From: an uncultured Cytophagales bacterium
Lineage (GTDB): Bacteria; Bacteroidota; Bacteroidia; Cytophagales; JAAEPT01
Assembly: GCA_963815495.1 (NCBI GenBank)
Contig: CAWFGW010000001.1
Coordinates: 65,873-129,872, forward strand
DNA: 64,000 nucleotides
Direction: 5' to 3'
Numbering within the stretch: position 1 is the stretch's first letter; every line of letters begins with the position of its first letter. Below are positions 45,243-54,833 of this stretch, piece by piece. The notes beneath the pieces are model-generated. The model ran no database searches and had not been told where the DNA came from. It saw only the letters and a program-made list of their open reading frames with translations. Both the position numbers and the translations under genes were made by a program.

Positions 45243-46267
45243 AGTTCTAATTTCGCGTAACAAGTTTGTAGGGCTTCTTTATATTCAGGTAATAAGGATT
45301 CGAATTTTTTAACTGTTTCTAAAAATGGGGCTTCTGTTCGACCACCAGCAGCATTTCGATGACCTCCACCATTAAAATGATTTCTGGAAAAATAATTGAC
45401 ATCAAATTCGCCTTTTGATCGAAACGACATTTTAACAAAGCCTTTGTCTTCTTTAAAAAGAGCTGCAAAAACAATGTTTTTCATAGATAAGGCATAATTA
45501 ACAATACCTTCAGTGTCGCCAGTTTGTACGTTAAATTGTTCAGTGTCTTTTTTGCTTAAGAAAATGTATGCAGTATGAGACTCGGGTATAATAGTCAAGC
45601 AGGAAGTAAGGCAATAACCCAAAAACCGCAGTCTGATTTCAGTGTTATTGTCATAGATTAAGCGGTGTACTTTTGTGTGGTTAATTCCTTTATCCATCAA
45701 GTCTGCTACTATCAAATGTACGTTTTTATTAGTGCTAGGAAAGCGAAATGAACCCGTATCAGTCATCATGCCCGCATAGATACACTCACCAATTTCAGGA
45801 TCAATTAAATCAGTTTCACCGAGCATTTGGATAAAGCGATATATCAGTTCCGCTGTTGCTGCGGATGATGTATCTGACATAACAAAATCTGCAAAATCTT
45901 CAGGCTGTAAATGATGATCTATCAAAACTTTTTTGGCAGAAGATTTTTTCACCTGTTCTCCCATCTCTCCTATACGAGATAAAGCATTGAAATCGAGGCA
46001 AAATATTACATCGGATTTATCAATAAAGGGTAAGCATTCACTTTTTTGTTTTTCGTAGATAAGTACTTCCTCATTACCCTTCATCCACGTAAGAAATTCA
46101 GGGTATATAGTTGGCATAATAACAATAACATGGTGTCCCTTTTTTAAAAGGAAGTTTTTTAATGCTAAAGCAGAACCAAGCGCATCAGCATCAGGACGTA
46201 TATGAGCCGTAATAACTATTCTTTTAGGGATTTTAAGAAGTTTCTTGAGTGCTTCGAAATTTGTCAT
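45239..46267 (-). CDS. DHH/DHHA1 phosphoesterase (NrnA-like oligoribonuclease/pAp phosphatase)
   Basis: The likely start is MTNFEALKKLL (46267). DHH motif region HIRPDADALGS, DHH (IDHH) and GGGHRNAAGG. Confidence 0.8.
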   Translation of the reverse strand: MTNFEALKKLLKIPKRIVITAHIRPDADALGSALALKNFLLKKGHHVIVIMPTIYPEFLTWMKGNEEVLIYEKQKSECLPFIDKSDVIFCLDFNALSRIGEMGEQVKKSSAKKVLIDHHLQPEDFADFVMSDTSSAATAELIYRFIQMLGETDLIDPEIGECIYAGMMTDTGSFRFPSTNKNVHLIVADLMDKGINHTKVHRLIYDNNTEIRLRFLGYCLTSCLTIIPESHTAYIFLSKKDTEQFNVQTGDTEGIVNYALSMKNIVFAALFKEDKGFVKMSFRSKGEFDVNYFSRNHFNGGGHRNAAGGRTEAPFLETVKKFESLLPEYKEALQTCYAKLEL

Positions 46268-46414
46268 TGATCTACTTTTGAAATAATAAGAGTTGTTAAA
46301 GCTAAAACACCTCAATCTACGAAAAAAGTTAAACAGTATATTCTTGTAATTTTTTTGAAAATAAGAGCTAATTAATATTATATTGCATCTTATTCTTCGA
46401 CTTGAGCAGTAGAA

Positions 46415-46819
46415 ATGAAAGGTGATTTAACTTTTACAATTATCAAACCCAACGTAATAAAAAAGCATAAAGCAGGAACTGTGATTCAGTTGATTGAAGA
46501 TGGTGGGTTTGAAATATTAAATATGAAGATGATTCAGCTCTCTAGCCAACAAGCAAGTGAATTTTACATTGAACATAAGGATAAAGCATTTTTTGATAAA
46601 TTAATTAACTTTATGGTCTCTGATAAAATTATTGTCATGGCCTTAAAAAAGCCGAATGCAGTAGAAGAGTATCGCGATTTTATAGGGGGCGCTACAGATC
46701 CGAATAAAGCCAGAGAAGGGTCTATAAGACAGTTATTCGGTGAAACAGTGACTGAAAATGCGGTTCATGGAAGTGATTCTGATTTAAGTGCTGAACGAGA
46801 AATAAACTTCTTTTTTTAA
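46415..46819 (+). CDS. ndk: nucleoside diphosphate kinase
   Basis: 134 aa. TFTIIKPN start and active-site NAVHGSDS. Confidence 0.9.
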   Translation: MKGDLTFTIIKPNVIKKHKAGTVIQLIEDGGFEILNMKMIQLSSQQASEFYIEHKDKAFFDKLINFMVSDKIIVMALKKPNAVEEYRDFIGGATDPNKAREGSIRQLFGETVTENAVHGSDSDLSAEREINFFF

Positions 46820-46827
46820 AATATGGA

Positions 46828-47244
46828 ATGATTTATGGTAGTTTCAGAAAAAAAAGAAGTAATAAGAAAAATTTGAAAAAACAATTCATCATATTAACCT
46901 TGGTTTTTAGCGCTAAAATTGCGTTCACACAAGTGCCGACTGCTACTAAAAAAGTTGATATAGTGAGTAAATCAGGTCAGAAGATTAATTTTGCCGAGAT
47001 AAAAATCGAGTCAGATGATTCAGAGTCATACAAAACTTTGGAGATACGATATCAGAAGCTTGATACAGCTGATCAAAAAGAGGTGAAGATTGAAGGGATA
47101 ACATACAAGTGTTTTCCCGATAAAAAAGAAGCCATAAAGTATTATTATTTGGTGAAAAAACATGCTCCCGCTATAGTTGTTTACTATGTGTATGCGGTAG
47201 AGAATAAAAAACCTGAGGTATTTACTTTTAGAGTTGCCGACTAA
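46828..47244 (+). CDS. hypothetical signal-anchored protein
   Basis: 138-aa ORF with a basic N-terminus plus a hydrophobic segment. No family recognised. Confidence 0.35.
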   Translation: MIYGSFRKKRSNKKNLKKQFIILTLVFSAKIAFTQVPTATKKVDIVSKSGQKINFAEIKIESDDSESYKTLEIRYQKLDTADQKEVKIEGITYKCFPDKKEAIKYYYLVKKHAPAIVVYYVYAVENKKPEVFTFRVAD

Positions 47245-48365
47245 CTTTTAAATTTTATCAAATTTCTATTCCCGAAAAATACTTTACGAATCCACTTTCG
47301 TAAAACAAACGCTCCAATGATTAAGTAAAGATACGAGGTTAAAAACCTCCAAAGAAAGCCAACTGTGTCTTCAAGTCCATCTGTTGGGAAAAATTCACCA
47401 AAGAATGAGTTGAAATAAATTTCAGCAAACCCCCCACTACCGGGTGTGGGAGAGAGTAACTGAGCAATCCACATAATCACTTGATTTCCATATGCTTTCA
47501 AATGTAGTCCAACCCCCATACTTGGGTTGAAGGCTGCAATTAAACAGTTAAGCATGAAGTACCTTGCAGTCCAAATCATGGCAGTCGATAATATTGCTTT
47601 ACGCCAATAGCTTGCTTCTTTAGTTTTTAATTCACGTGATGCCATAATCATTACATCTCCTTGTTGAATAGCTTCGGCTCGCCATTTTCTCATAAATGAA
47701 ATTGAACAGATTTTGACTAGAATCCATTTAATAGATTGAGGAGCAATTAGAACACCTGTTAACATAAAAAAGGTATAAGCTAAAATGAGACTATAGCTAA
47801 ACCAAAAAATAGACTGGATATTAATAGAAATATCACTTAAAAAGAGAAAGTTCACATGGTTGAATTCAATCACAGGGAAACTAATATCAGGAGCAATATT
47901 TAGAATTAATGGAGCTACTATTAGAAAATAGCTGTTATCTAAAATTGCTGTGAGCATCACATAAGCCAAGGATTTTCCAAAAGCAATTTTTTCTTTCAGC
48001 AGTATAAAAACAGCTACAGCTGTTCCTCCAACCACTGAAGGTGTTACAGCAGAGGCAAATTCCCAAAGGAGGGTAGTATAAATACTCGAAGACCAACTGA
48101 GTTCTTTTTGTGTAAGGTTTCGTATTCGGTACACATACCCAAAATCACGTAGAAATAATACTAACAGTGCCAAAATTACCCATGAAATATTGATGTTCGA
48201 GAGGTCCTTTACTAGTTGATCTAAAGTGCCTTCAGATTGCGTTTTTCTAAAAAAATTATATATAGAAACTGATACTCCAATGGCTACCGCTAAAAAAATA
48301 TTAGTTGGGCTAAAGGTTTTAAGTATTTGCTTTCGCTTAATTTTCATTTGTAAGGGAGTCGTCAA
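47241..48365 (-). CDS. flippase-like / lysylphosphatidylglycerol-synthase-TM-region (UPF0104) membrane protein
   Basis: 374-aa polytopic ORF with UPF0104-like topology and a PTPGGSGFAE-type motif (SPTPGSGGFAE). Confidence 0.65.
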   Translation of the reverse strand: MTTPLQMKIKRKQILKTFSPTNIFLAVAIGVSVSIYNFFRKTQSEGTLDQLVKDLSNINISWVILALLVLFLRDFGYVYRIRNLTQKELSWSSSIYTTLLWEFASAVTPSVVGGTAVAVFILLKEKIAFGKSLAYVMLTAILDNSYFLIVAPLILNIAPDISFPVIEFNHVNFLFLSDISINIQSIFWFSYSLILAYTFFMLTGVLIAPQSIKWILVKICSISFMRKWRAEAIQQGDVMIMASRELKTKEASYWRKAILSTAMIWTARYFMLNCLIAAFNPSMGVGLHLKAYGNQVIMWIAQLLSPTPGSGGFAEIYFNSFFGEFFPTDGLEDTVGFLWRFLTSYLYLIIGAFVLRKWIRKVFFGNRNLIKFKS

Positions 48366-49092
48366 TTCGTGATATCCAAAAGTTATTATACCCTAGTCCA
48401 ATGTTAATGGATATCATTTTTAATTGTAGAAGTTCAAGTATAGACAGAAAATTAAATATTACAGCAATTTTATCGATGTTCTCACGTATTATATCTTCAA
48501 AAGACACTTTTTGTTGAAGGGATATTTTTTTTAGAATATATTCTTTTTGTTCTGAAATAGTGAAAGCATATTGTACTACTTCATGTCTTGGTTTTTCATT
48601 TTCAGCTTTTAGCTTCAGCATCATTTTTTCAAAAACTTTCAAAAGCTTATATAAATCTAGGTCTTGGAGTTCTGCTTCAACGTTATTTATTTCAGAAAGC
48701 TTTTTAATTTCTTTTGCTATGTTTCCTCTTTTTTCTTTCTGGAGTTGGCTGTTTTCCATTTCGCCCAGTTCCTGAATAATACTTTTGTATTTTTTATATT
48801 CTAATAAGCGTTGGACGAGTTCTTTTCGTGGGTCAATCTCATTGCCTTCTTCATCTTTTTCAGGACGAGGTACTAATAATTTAGCCTTAATTCGCATCAG
48901 TGTGGCTGCAACCAGTATAAACTCACTAGCAACTTCAATATTTAGTTTTTCTAGATGCTCGAGGTAGGTTAAAAAATCTCCTGTGATTTTGGAAATTGGT
49001 ATGTCATTAATATCTAATTCGTCACGTTCAATGAAGAAAAGTAATAAATCAAAAGGACCTTGAAATAATGGTAGTTGGACTTCGAAACTCAC
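48337..49092 (-). CDS. scpA: segregation and condensation protein A
   Basis: 251 aa. FQGPFDLLLFFIERDELDINDIPISKIT N-terminus. Confidence 0.85.
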   Translation of the reverse strand: MSFEVQLPLFQGPFDLLLFFIERDELDINDIPISKITGDFLTYLEHLEKLNIEVASEFILVAATLMRIKAKLLVPRPEKDEEGNEIDPRKELVQRLLEYKKYKSIIQELGEMENSQLQKEKRGNIAKEIKKLSEINNVEAELQDLDLYKLLKVFEKMMLKLKAENEKPRHEVVQYAFTISEQKEYILKKISLQQKVSFEDIIRENIDKIAVIFNFLSILELLQLKMISINIGLGYNNFWISRIDDSLTNEN

Positions 49093-49235
49093 AATTTTAT
49101 GGTGTTGTCAACGATTCTTAAAGTTATTATTTATAAGAGTAAATAAATACCATTCCTGAAAAAAATAGTAATTTCGTATATTGACTTAACACAACATTTT
49201 TTAATCAAAAATGTTATGTTAAAAAACTTAGAGAT

Positions 49236-51152
49236 TTGAGTCTGATAGAACAAGGTAATTTATTAAAAACAATTAATTCTCCAGCAGATTTGCGGAAGTT
49301 AGACAGAGCTCAATTACCTGAGTTGTGTAAGGAGTTACGTAAATTCATTGTTGATAATGTTTCCGTTTATGGCGGTCATTTTGGGGCCAGTTTAGGAGTG
49401 GTTGAAATGACGGTAGCTATGCATTATGTGTTCGATACCCCAGAAGACCAAGTAGTTTGGGATGTAGGACATCAAGCATATGGACATAAAATATTAACTG
49501 GAAGAAAAGAGAATTTCCATACTAATCGCGTTTATAAAGGTATTTCAGGGTTCCCAAAACGATCTGAAAGTGAGTATGACGCCTTTGGAGTAGGGCATTC
49601 CTCTACGTCAATATCTGCAGCATTGGGAATGGCTGTTGCTTCAAAATATAAAGGAGATAAAAACCGGCAACATGTTGCCGTGATTGGTGATGGAGCCATG
49701 ACTGCTGGAATGGCCTTCGAAGCAATGAATCACGCGGGCGTGAGTAATTCTAATTTACTTATTGTCTTAAATGATAACTGCATGTCCATAGATCCCAACG
49801 TTGGTGCATTAAAAGATTATCTCACCGATGTAAGAACTTCTAAAACTTATAACAAAGTCAAAAGTGAGGTTTGGAAAATCTTAGGAAAAGTAAGCAAATT
49901 TGGGCCTGATGCTCGGTCAATAATTGCTAATGTTGAAAAATCAATCAAGTCCTATTTACTCAAACATAGCAATTTGTTTGAGGCACTTAATCTACGTTAT
50001 TTTGGCCCTGTTGATGGCCACGATATTGATTTTTTAGTGAGTGTATTCGAAGATTTAAAAAAAATACCCGGCCCCAAATTGTTGCATTGTGTGACTACAA
50101 AAGGTAAGGGATATGCTTTGGCTGAAAAAGATCAAACTAAATGGCATGCACCAGGAAAGTTTGATTCCCTTACGGGTGAAATCGTGAAAAGTATATTGGT
50201 AAGTCCGCAAGCCCCAAAATACCAAGATGTATTCGGCCACACGATTGTTGAGCTCGCTGAGAAAAACAAAAAAATAATGGGGATTACCCCAGCAATGCCT
50301 TCTGGTTCATCATTAAATATTATGATGGAAAAGATGCCTGATAGAGCATTTGATGTAGATATTGCTGAACAACATGCTGTAACTTTCTCGGCAGGATTAG
50401 CTACTCGAGGATTAACACCTTTTTGTAATATCTATTCAACGTTTATGCAACGTGCTTATGATCAGGTGATTCATGATGTTTGTATCCAAAAATTAAATGT
50501 AGTCTTCTGCTTAGACAGAGCTGGTTTTGCAGGTGCAGATGGTGCCACCCATCATGGGGCATACGATATTGCCTACATGCGTTGTGTGCCTAATATGGTT
50601 GTTTCTTCACCAATGAATGAATCGGAACTAAGAAACCTGATGTATACAGCACAGTTGCCAGATAAAGGTCCTTTTACCATTCGCTACCCGAGAGGAAAAG
50701 GGGTGATGCCTGAATGGAAAACGCCTTTTAAAGAAATTGAAATCGGTAAAGGGCGTGTGATTACTGAAGGTGAAGAAGTGGTAATCCTGACACTTGGACA
50801 CATCGGAAATCATGCGGTAGAAGCAATTAATCAAATGCAAGCTGAAGGAGTTTCAATTGCGCATTATGATATGCGCTTTGCCAAACCATTGGATGCACAA
50901 TTACTTAAAAGAGCATTTGATAAGTATTCTAAGATAATAACCGTTGAAGATGGTTGTCTTCAAGGAGGTTTTGGAAGTGCTATTCTTGAATGGGCTTCAG
51001 ATAATGGCTACCACAATCCCGTTACCCGATTAGGAATTCCTGATAAATTGATAGAACACGGGGAGCAATATCAGCTTTATAGAGAATGTGGGTATGATGC
51101 AGAAGGTATTTTTGACACCATTAAAAAGGTGTTGGGGCTAGTTAAAGCTTAG
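49236..51152 (+). CDS. dxs: 1-deoxy-D-xylulose-5-phosphate synthase
   Basis: 638 aa. GGHFGASLG, VWDVGHQAY and GDGAMTAG motifs. Apparent TTG start. Confidence 0.93.
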   Translation: MSLIEQGNLLKTINSPADLRKLDRAQLPELCKELRKFIVDNVSVYGGHFGASLGVVEMTVAMHYVFDTPEDQVVWDVGHQAYGHKILTGRKENFHTNRVYKGISGFPKRSESEYDAFGVGHSSTSISAALGMAVASKYKGDKNRQHVAVIGDGAMTAGMAFEAMNHAGVSNSNLLIVLNDNCMSIDPNVGALKDYLTDVRTSKTYNKVKSEVWKILGKVSKFGPDARSIIANVEKSIKSYLLKHSNLFEALNLRYFGPVDGHDIDFLVSVFEDLKKIPGPKLLHCVTTKGKGYALAEKDQTKWHAPGKFDSLTGEIVKSILVSPQAPKYQDVFGHTIVELAEKNKKIMGITPAMPSGSSLNIMMEKMPDRAFDVDIAEQHAVTFSAGLATRGLTPFCNIYSTFMQRAYDQVIHDVCIQKLNVVFCLDRAGFAGADGATHHGAYDIAYMRCVPNMVVSSPMNESELRNLMYTAQLPDKGPFTIRYPRGKGVMPEWKTPFKEIEIGKGRVITEGEEVVILTLGHIGNHAVEAINQMQAEGVSIAHYDMRFAKPLDAQLLKRAFDKYSKIITVEDGCLQGGFGSAILEWASDNGYHNPVTRLGIPDKLIEHGEQYQLYRECGYDAEGIFDTIKKVLGLVKA

Positions 51153-51155
51153 AAA

Positions 51156-51923
51156 ATGGATAAATTAATAATCGCAGGCAAGGAGTTTAATTCTCGGCTT
51201 TTTACCGGTACGGGAAAATTTAGTTCTAATGCAGTGATGGAGGAGTCACTTTTGGTTTCCGGTTCTGAGTTGGTAACCGTAGCATTAAAACGGGTTGATT
51301 TGCAAAATGATGAGGATGAAATTATTAAACACCTTAGTCATTCTCAGTTTAATTTATTACCAAACACATCTGGCGTGCGAACAGCAAAGGAAGCTGTATT
51401 TGCAGCGCAGTTGGCACGTGAAGCTTTAGAAACAAACTGGTTGAAATTAGAGATCCATCCTGATCCAAAATATTTATTACCAGATCCTATAGAGACATTA
51501 AAAGCAGCAGAAGAATTAGTTAAGCTTGGTTTTGTTGTCTTGCCTTACATTCATGCCGACCCAGTATTGTGTAAGCGATTAGAAGAAGTCGGAACGGCTG
51601 CAGTAATGCCTTTAGGTGCTCCTATTGGATCGAATAAAGGATTGAAAACCCGAGATTTTTTAGAGATAATTATTGAACAAAGTAAAGTGCCTGTTGTGGT
51701 TGATGCTGGAATAGGTTCACCTTCCCATGCGGCTGAAGCGATGGAAATGGGTGCACATGCCGTTTTAGTGAACACTGCCATCGCTGTTTCATTGGATCCT
51801 GTTGCGATGGGAAAAGCTTTCAAAATGGCAGTAGAGGCTGGACGGATGGCTTATAATGCGAAACTGGGCAGTAAATCTTCTGAAGCGGTAGCAAGTAGCC
51901 CGTTGACTTCTTTTTTAGATTAA
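51156..51923 (+). CDS. thiG: thiazole synthase
   Basis: 255 aa. [12 protein letters not shown] start, LLPNTSG and the [11 protein letters not shown] motif. Confidence 0.9.
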   Translation: MDKLIIAGKEFNSRLFTGTGKFSSNAVMEESLLVSGSELVTVALKRVDLQNDEDEIIKHLSHSQFNLLPNTSGVRTAKEAVFAAQLAREALETNWLKLEIHPDPKYLLPDPIETLKAAEELVKLGFVVLPYIHADPVLCKRLEEVGTAAVMPLGAPIGSNKGLKTRDFLEIIIEQSKVPVVVDAGIGSPSHAAEAMEMGAHAVLVNTAIAVSLDPVAMGKAFKMAVEAGRMAYNAKLGSKSSEAVASSPLTSFLD

Positions 51924-51958
51924 AAAAAAAGCAAATATGGTTGTGATCACAACCATAT
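51922..51958 (-). terminator. intrinsic terminator for the GH5 gene (hairpin may also stop thiG)
   Basis: Palindrome atatggttgtga/tcacaaccatat, followed on the minus strand by T9. Confidence 0.7.
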
Positions 51959-51982
51959 CTGCTCTAATGATAAAACGTTCTT

Positions 51983-54526
51983 TTATTGTTTTACAATTCG
52001 TTTGATTGCTTTTTTAGTATTCTGTTGCAGCTCTAAAATGTAAATTCCTTGATTAATTTCTGCACCAATATTACAATCGCTGTTACAGCTTCCTTGCGTA
52101 ATGAGACTTCCGAAGGTATTGTAAAGCTTGAAAGTTGTGATTTCAACTACAGACAATTGAAAGGTGTTAGTGAAGGGGTTTGGAAATATATCCGTAGTAG
52201 ATAAAATATCATCTTCGAAACCTACAGGTTCAACTAAGCGGAACTCCATATTGTCAATATTAAAGGCAGCTCCAGTTATTAAAAACTGCAGAGTATATTC
52301 CCCTGATGAAATAATTGTTGTTGTGTCAGAAGTAAACATATCCCAGGCAGTCCAGCTACCAGTTGAAGGGACCTTTACAGGAGTATTAAAGATGTCTTTA
52401 TTATCGAGTTTTATCATTAAGCTACCTGTTGATTGTGCAGAAGCAATGTTAAAATCTACAACGTATCTACCTGGTTTATTTACATTTACACTATATTTTA
52501 ACCACTCACCTTCGGAAACCCACCCAATTGAAGCATTGGTTCCGTCAAATGAAATGTCTACTCCATCAGATCCTCTTAATTGGTACATGCCTTGATTGGC
52601 GGCATCAACATCATAATAAGTGACTCCTGCTTTTCCGTAGTCATATTCTTCTAATTCTATTTTTCCAGGAATTAAAAAAGGGTCGCCATTGAATGGACCA
52701 GGACATCCATTAATACCTGTGGTTCCTCCAATACATCCACATTTATCAGTATAAGCTTCACCATACCATGTATTATTACAATCAAAAAAACCATTAGAAA
52801 CAGTTGAGTAACTTAAATAGGGCATAGTATCTCCTTCGGAGGTCAGTATTGCAAAATCAAAGGCGGAAGAATCGACTAAACCAATGTATTCTATAAACAA
52901 TATATTTTCTCCTTTCAGAAGAGGGAAGTCCTTGGTATTGGTAGCAGTACCATTCACATACATGGTAGAATTCCCAATATTTGCTGTGGAGATTTTAGCT
53001 TGTCTTGCAATGGGGTTGATCACATAAATTGCTAAAAAGGATTTTACAGCAGAATCGGCTTGGGAGAAAATACCGTCTGGTTCGTTCACGATTTTCCATG
53101 TGTAAGTTTGAGAATCTAAAGATAGTATGGAGTCTGCCAATGGGACAGCTTTACTTTTATTTGGAAAGATGGTTTCTGGAGCTAGTTTGTATGAGTTGCT
53201 TAACGTGAGCGCTAAAAAGGTTTTATCTGTTTTGTTAAGTAGTTCTCCTTGTTTAACGTCAGATACGTTAAAAGGAATTGCACTGGTGGTAACAAGGGTG
53301 TCATAAAAGGCAGTAATTAACAATCGAAAAGCACCAGTCTCGCCATTGGGGGTGAATAGAGCTGAATCAGTAATAGCACCACCATCAGTTAATTCGAGTT
53401 TATAAGTTACTAAAGAATCATCAACAAGTGTATCCCCTAGGTATACACTAAATTCGAATTGAAAGGTTGTATCTGGACTTAACACCTGATCAATAAATTT
53501 ATATTGAATACTTAAGTTGTTGTTGTACACAGGTAGTTGATAAGTTCTTCGTAATTCATCTCTTACTAAATTACCGGAAGTAGAATAATCACTTTCATCC
53601 CAATCACCTGTACTAGAAGAACCTGGGACAAGGGAAGAAGCTGATTCGAGTTTATTTGAAACAGACCAATTACACCAGCTAATGCTATTTTCTGCTAAAA
53701 AATCCCACCATAATCGAGTTTCATATTCGTCAATAACTCCATTACCGCTTGCTTCACACGTACCAAACTCAGTAACAAATAAAGGAACACCTTTAGTAAT
53801 AGCTCTTTGAGCCTTCGCTCTTAGACTTTCTTTATGTGTGGCAGCGTAAAAGTGTAAGGTGTAGGCTACATTTGTGTCTGCAATCATATTAGTAGCCACT
53901 TCTTCTACTTCTTGACACCAGTTACGAGTGCCACAGATTATTAAGTTATCAGAATCATGGGTTCTAATGGTATCAATCACAGCTTCACAGTAAGGCTTGA
54001 TAACGCCACTCCAACTGACGTTTAGGGGTTCATTATAAACCTCATAAATCACATTAGGATGATGTCCATATAACTGAGCCATTTCAGCAAAGAATTTTTT
54101 AGCTTCGGCTTCCTCATCTTCTGCATGATGACTGTGCCAGTCAATAATTACATAAATACCTTTGGCAATAGCTGCTTCAACTACTTTTTGAATTTTGGCT
54201 TTTTCTATTTCTGGATGGTGTATGTATCCATCAGTTTCGTCAGTGCTCACGCCCATAGCGGCTCGCACAATGTTTATTTTCCAGTCATCAACAAGCGTAT
54301 TGATTGTACCTTCATTATAAAATTTGCTTCCGTCTCCCCATTGACTCCAAAACATAGACATTCCTCTTAATTGAGCTGGAGAACCATGATTGGTACCAAT
54401 AATTTTGGTGCCTTCAACTTGCAGTTTACCATGGGTATCTATGGCTGTCAAGGTGTCTTGACCAATGGTGTTTTTGATATTTAAACATAGAGCGACAAAT
54501 GCGAGTAGTATAGTTATGTTTTTCAT
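51983..54526 (-). CDS. GH5 endoglucanase with a CBM6-like module and a T9SS C-terminal sorting domain
   Basis: 847 aa. GH5 signatures IIDWHSH, YEVYNEP (acid/base) and FVTEFGT (nucleophile). A CBM6-like GKIELEEYD...GEWLKYSV module. IFPNPFTNTFQLSV...KRIVKQ tail. Confidence 0.85.
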   Translation of the reverse strand: MKNITILLAFVALCLNIKNTIGQDTLTAIDTHGKLQVEGTKIIGTNHGSPAQLRGMSMFWSQWGDGSKFYNEGTINTLVDDWKINIVRAAMGVSTDETDGYIHHPEIEKAKIQKVVEAAIAKGIYVIIDWHSHHAEDEEAEAKKFFAEMAQLYGHHPNVIYEVYNEPLNVSWSGVIKPYCEAVIDTIRTHDSDNLIICGTRNWCQEVEEVATNMIADTNVAYTLHFYAATHKESLRAKAQRAITKGVPLFVTEFGTCEASGNGVIDEYETRLWWDFLAENSISWCNWSVSNKLESASSLVPGSSSTGDWDESDYSTSGNLVRDELRRTYQLPVYNNNLSIQYKFIDQVLSPDTTFQFEFSVYLGDTLVDDSLVTYKLELTDGGAITDSALFTPNGETGAFRLLITAFYDTLVTTSAIPFNVSDVKQGELLNKTDKTFLALTLSNSYKLAPETIFPNKSKAVPLADSILSLDSQTYTWKIVNEPDGIFSQADSAVKSFLAIYVINPIARQAKISTANIGNSTMYVNGTATNTKDFPLLKGENILFIEYIGLVDSSAFDFAILTSEGDTMPYLSYSTVSNGFFDCNNTWYGEAYTDKCGCIGGTTGINGCPGPFNGDPFLIPGKIELEEYDYGKAGVTYYDVDAANQGMYQLRGSDGVDISFDGTNASIGWVSEGEWLKYSVNVNKPGRYVVDFNIASAQSTGSLMIKLDNKDIFNTPVKVPSTGSWTAWDMFTSDTTTIISSGEYTLQFLITGAAFNIDNMEFRLVEPVGFEDDILSTTDIFPNPFTNTFQLSVVEITTFKLYNTFGSLITQGSCNSDCNIGAEINQGIYILELQQNTKKAIKRIVKQ

Positions 54527-54833
54527 GTTAAATTTTTTGTTCTGCCTTAAGTATAATTAACAACACGCTCAATTAGCTTGTTATGAACACTAAATGAGGA
54601 AACTATAATGCAAAACCACTCTTTTTTTGACCTGTTTTATAACACGTAATTTTTGTCAATTAATACGATTAGAGAGTGTTTTCAGGTTGTAGCATTTGAA
54701 ATAGTGCGCTTAAAATTATAGTTAATTAACATCAGCATATATTTTTGAAGGAAGGCTTCAATAATATAATGGGATACATTTAAAAAAAGGATAGATTTGA
54801 ACCTGTTATTCAAAAAAAGCAAAAATCAATTTA

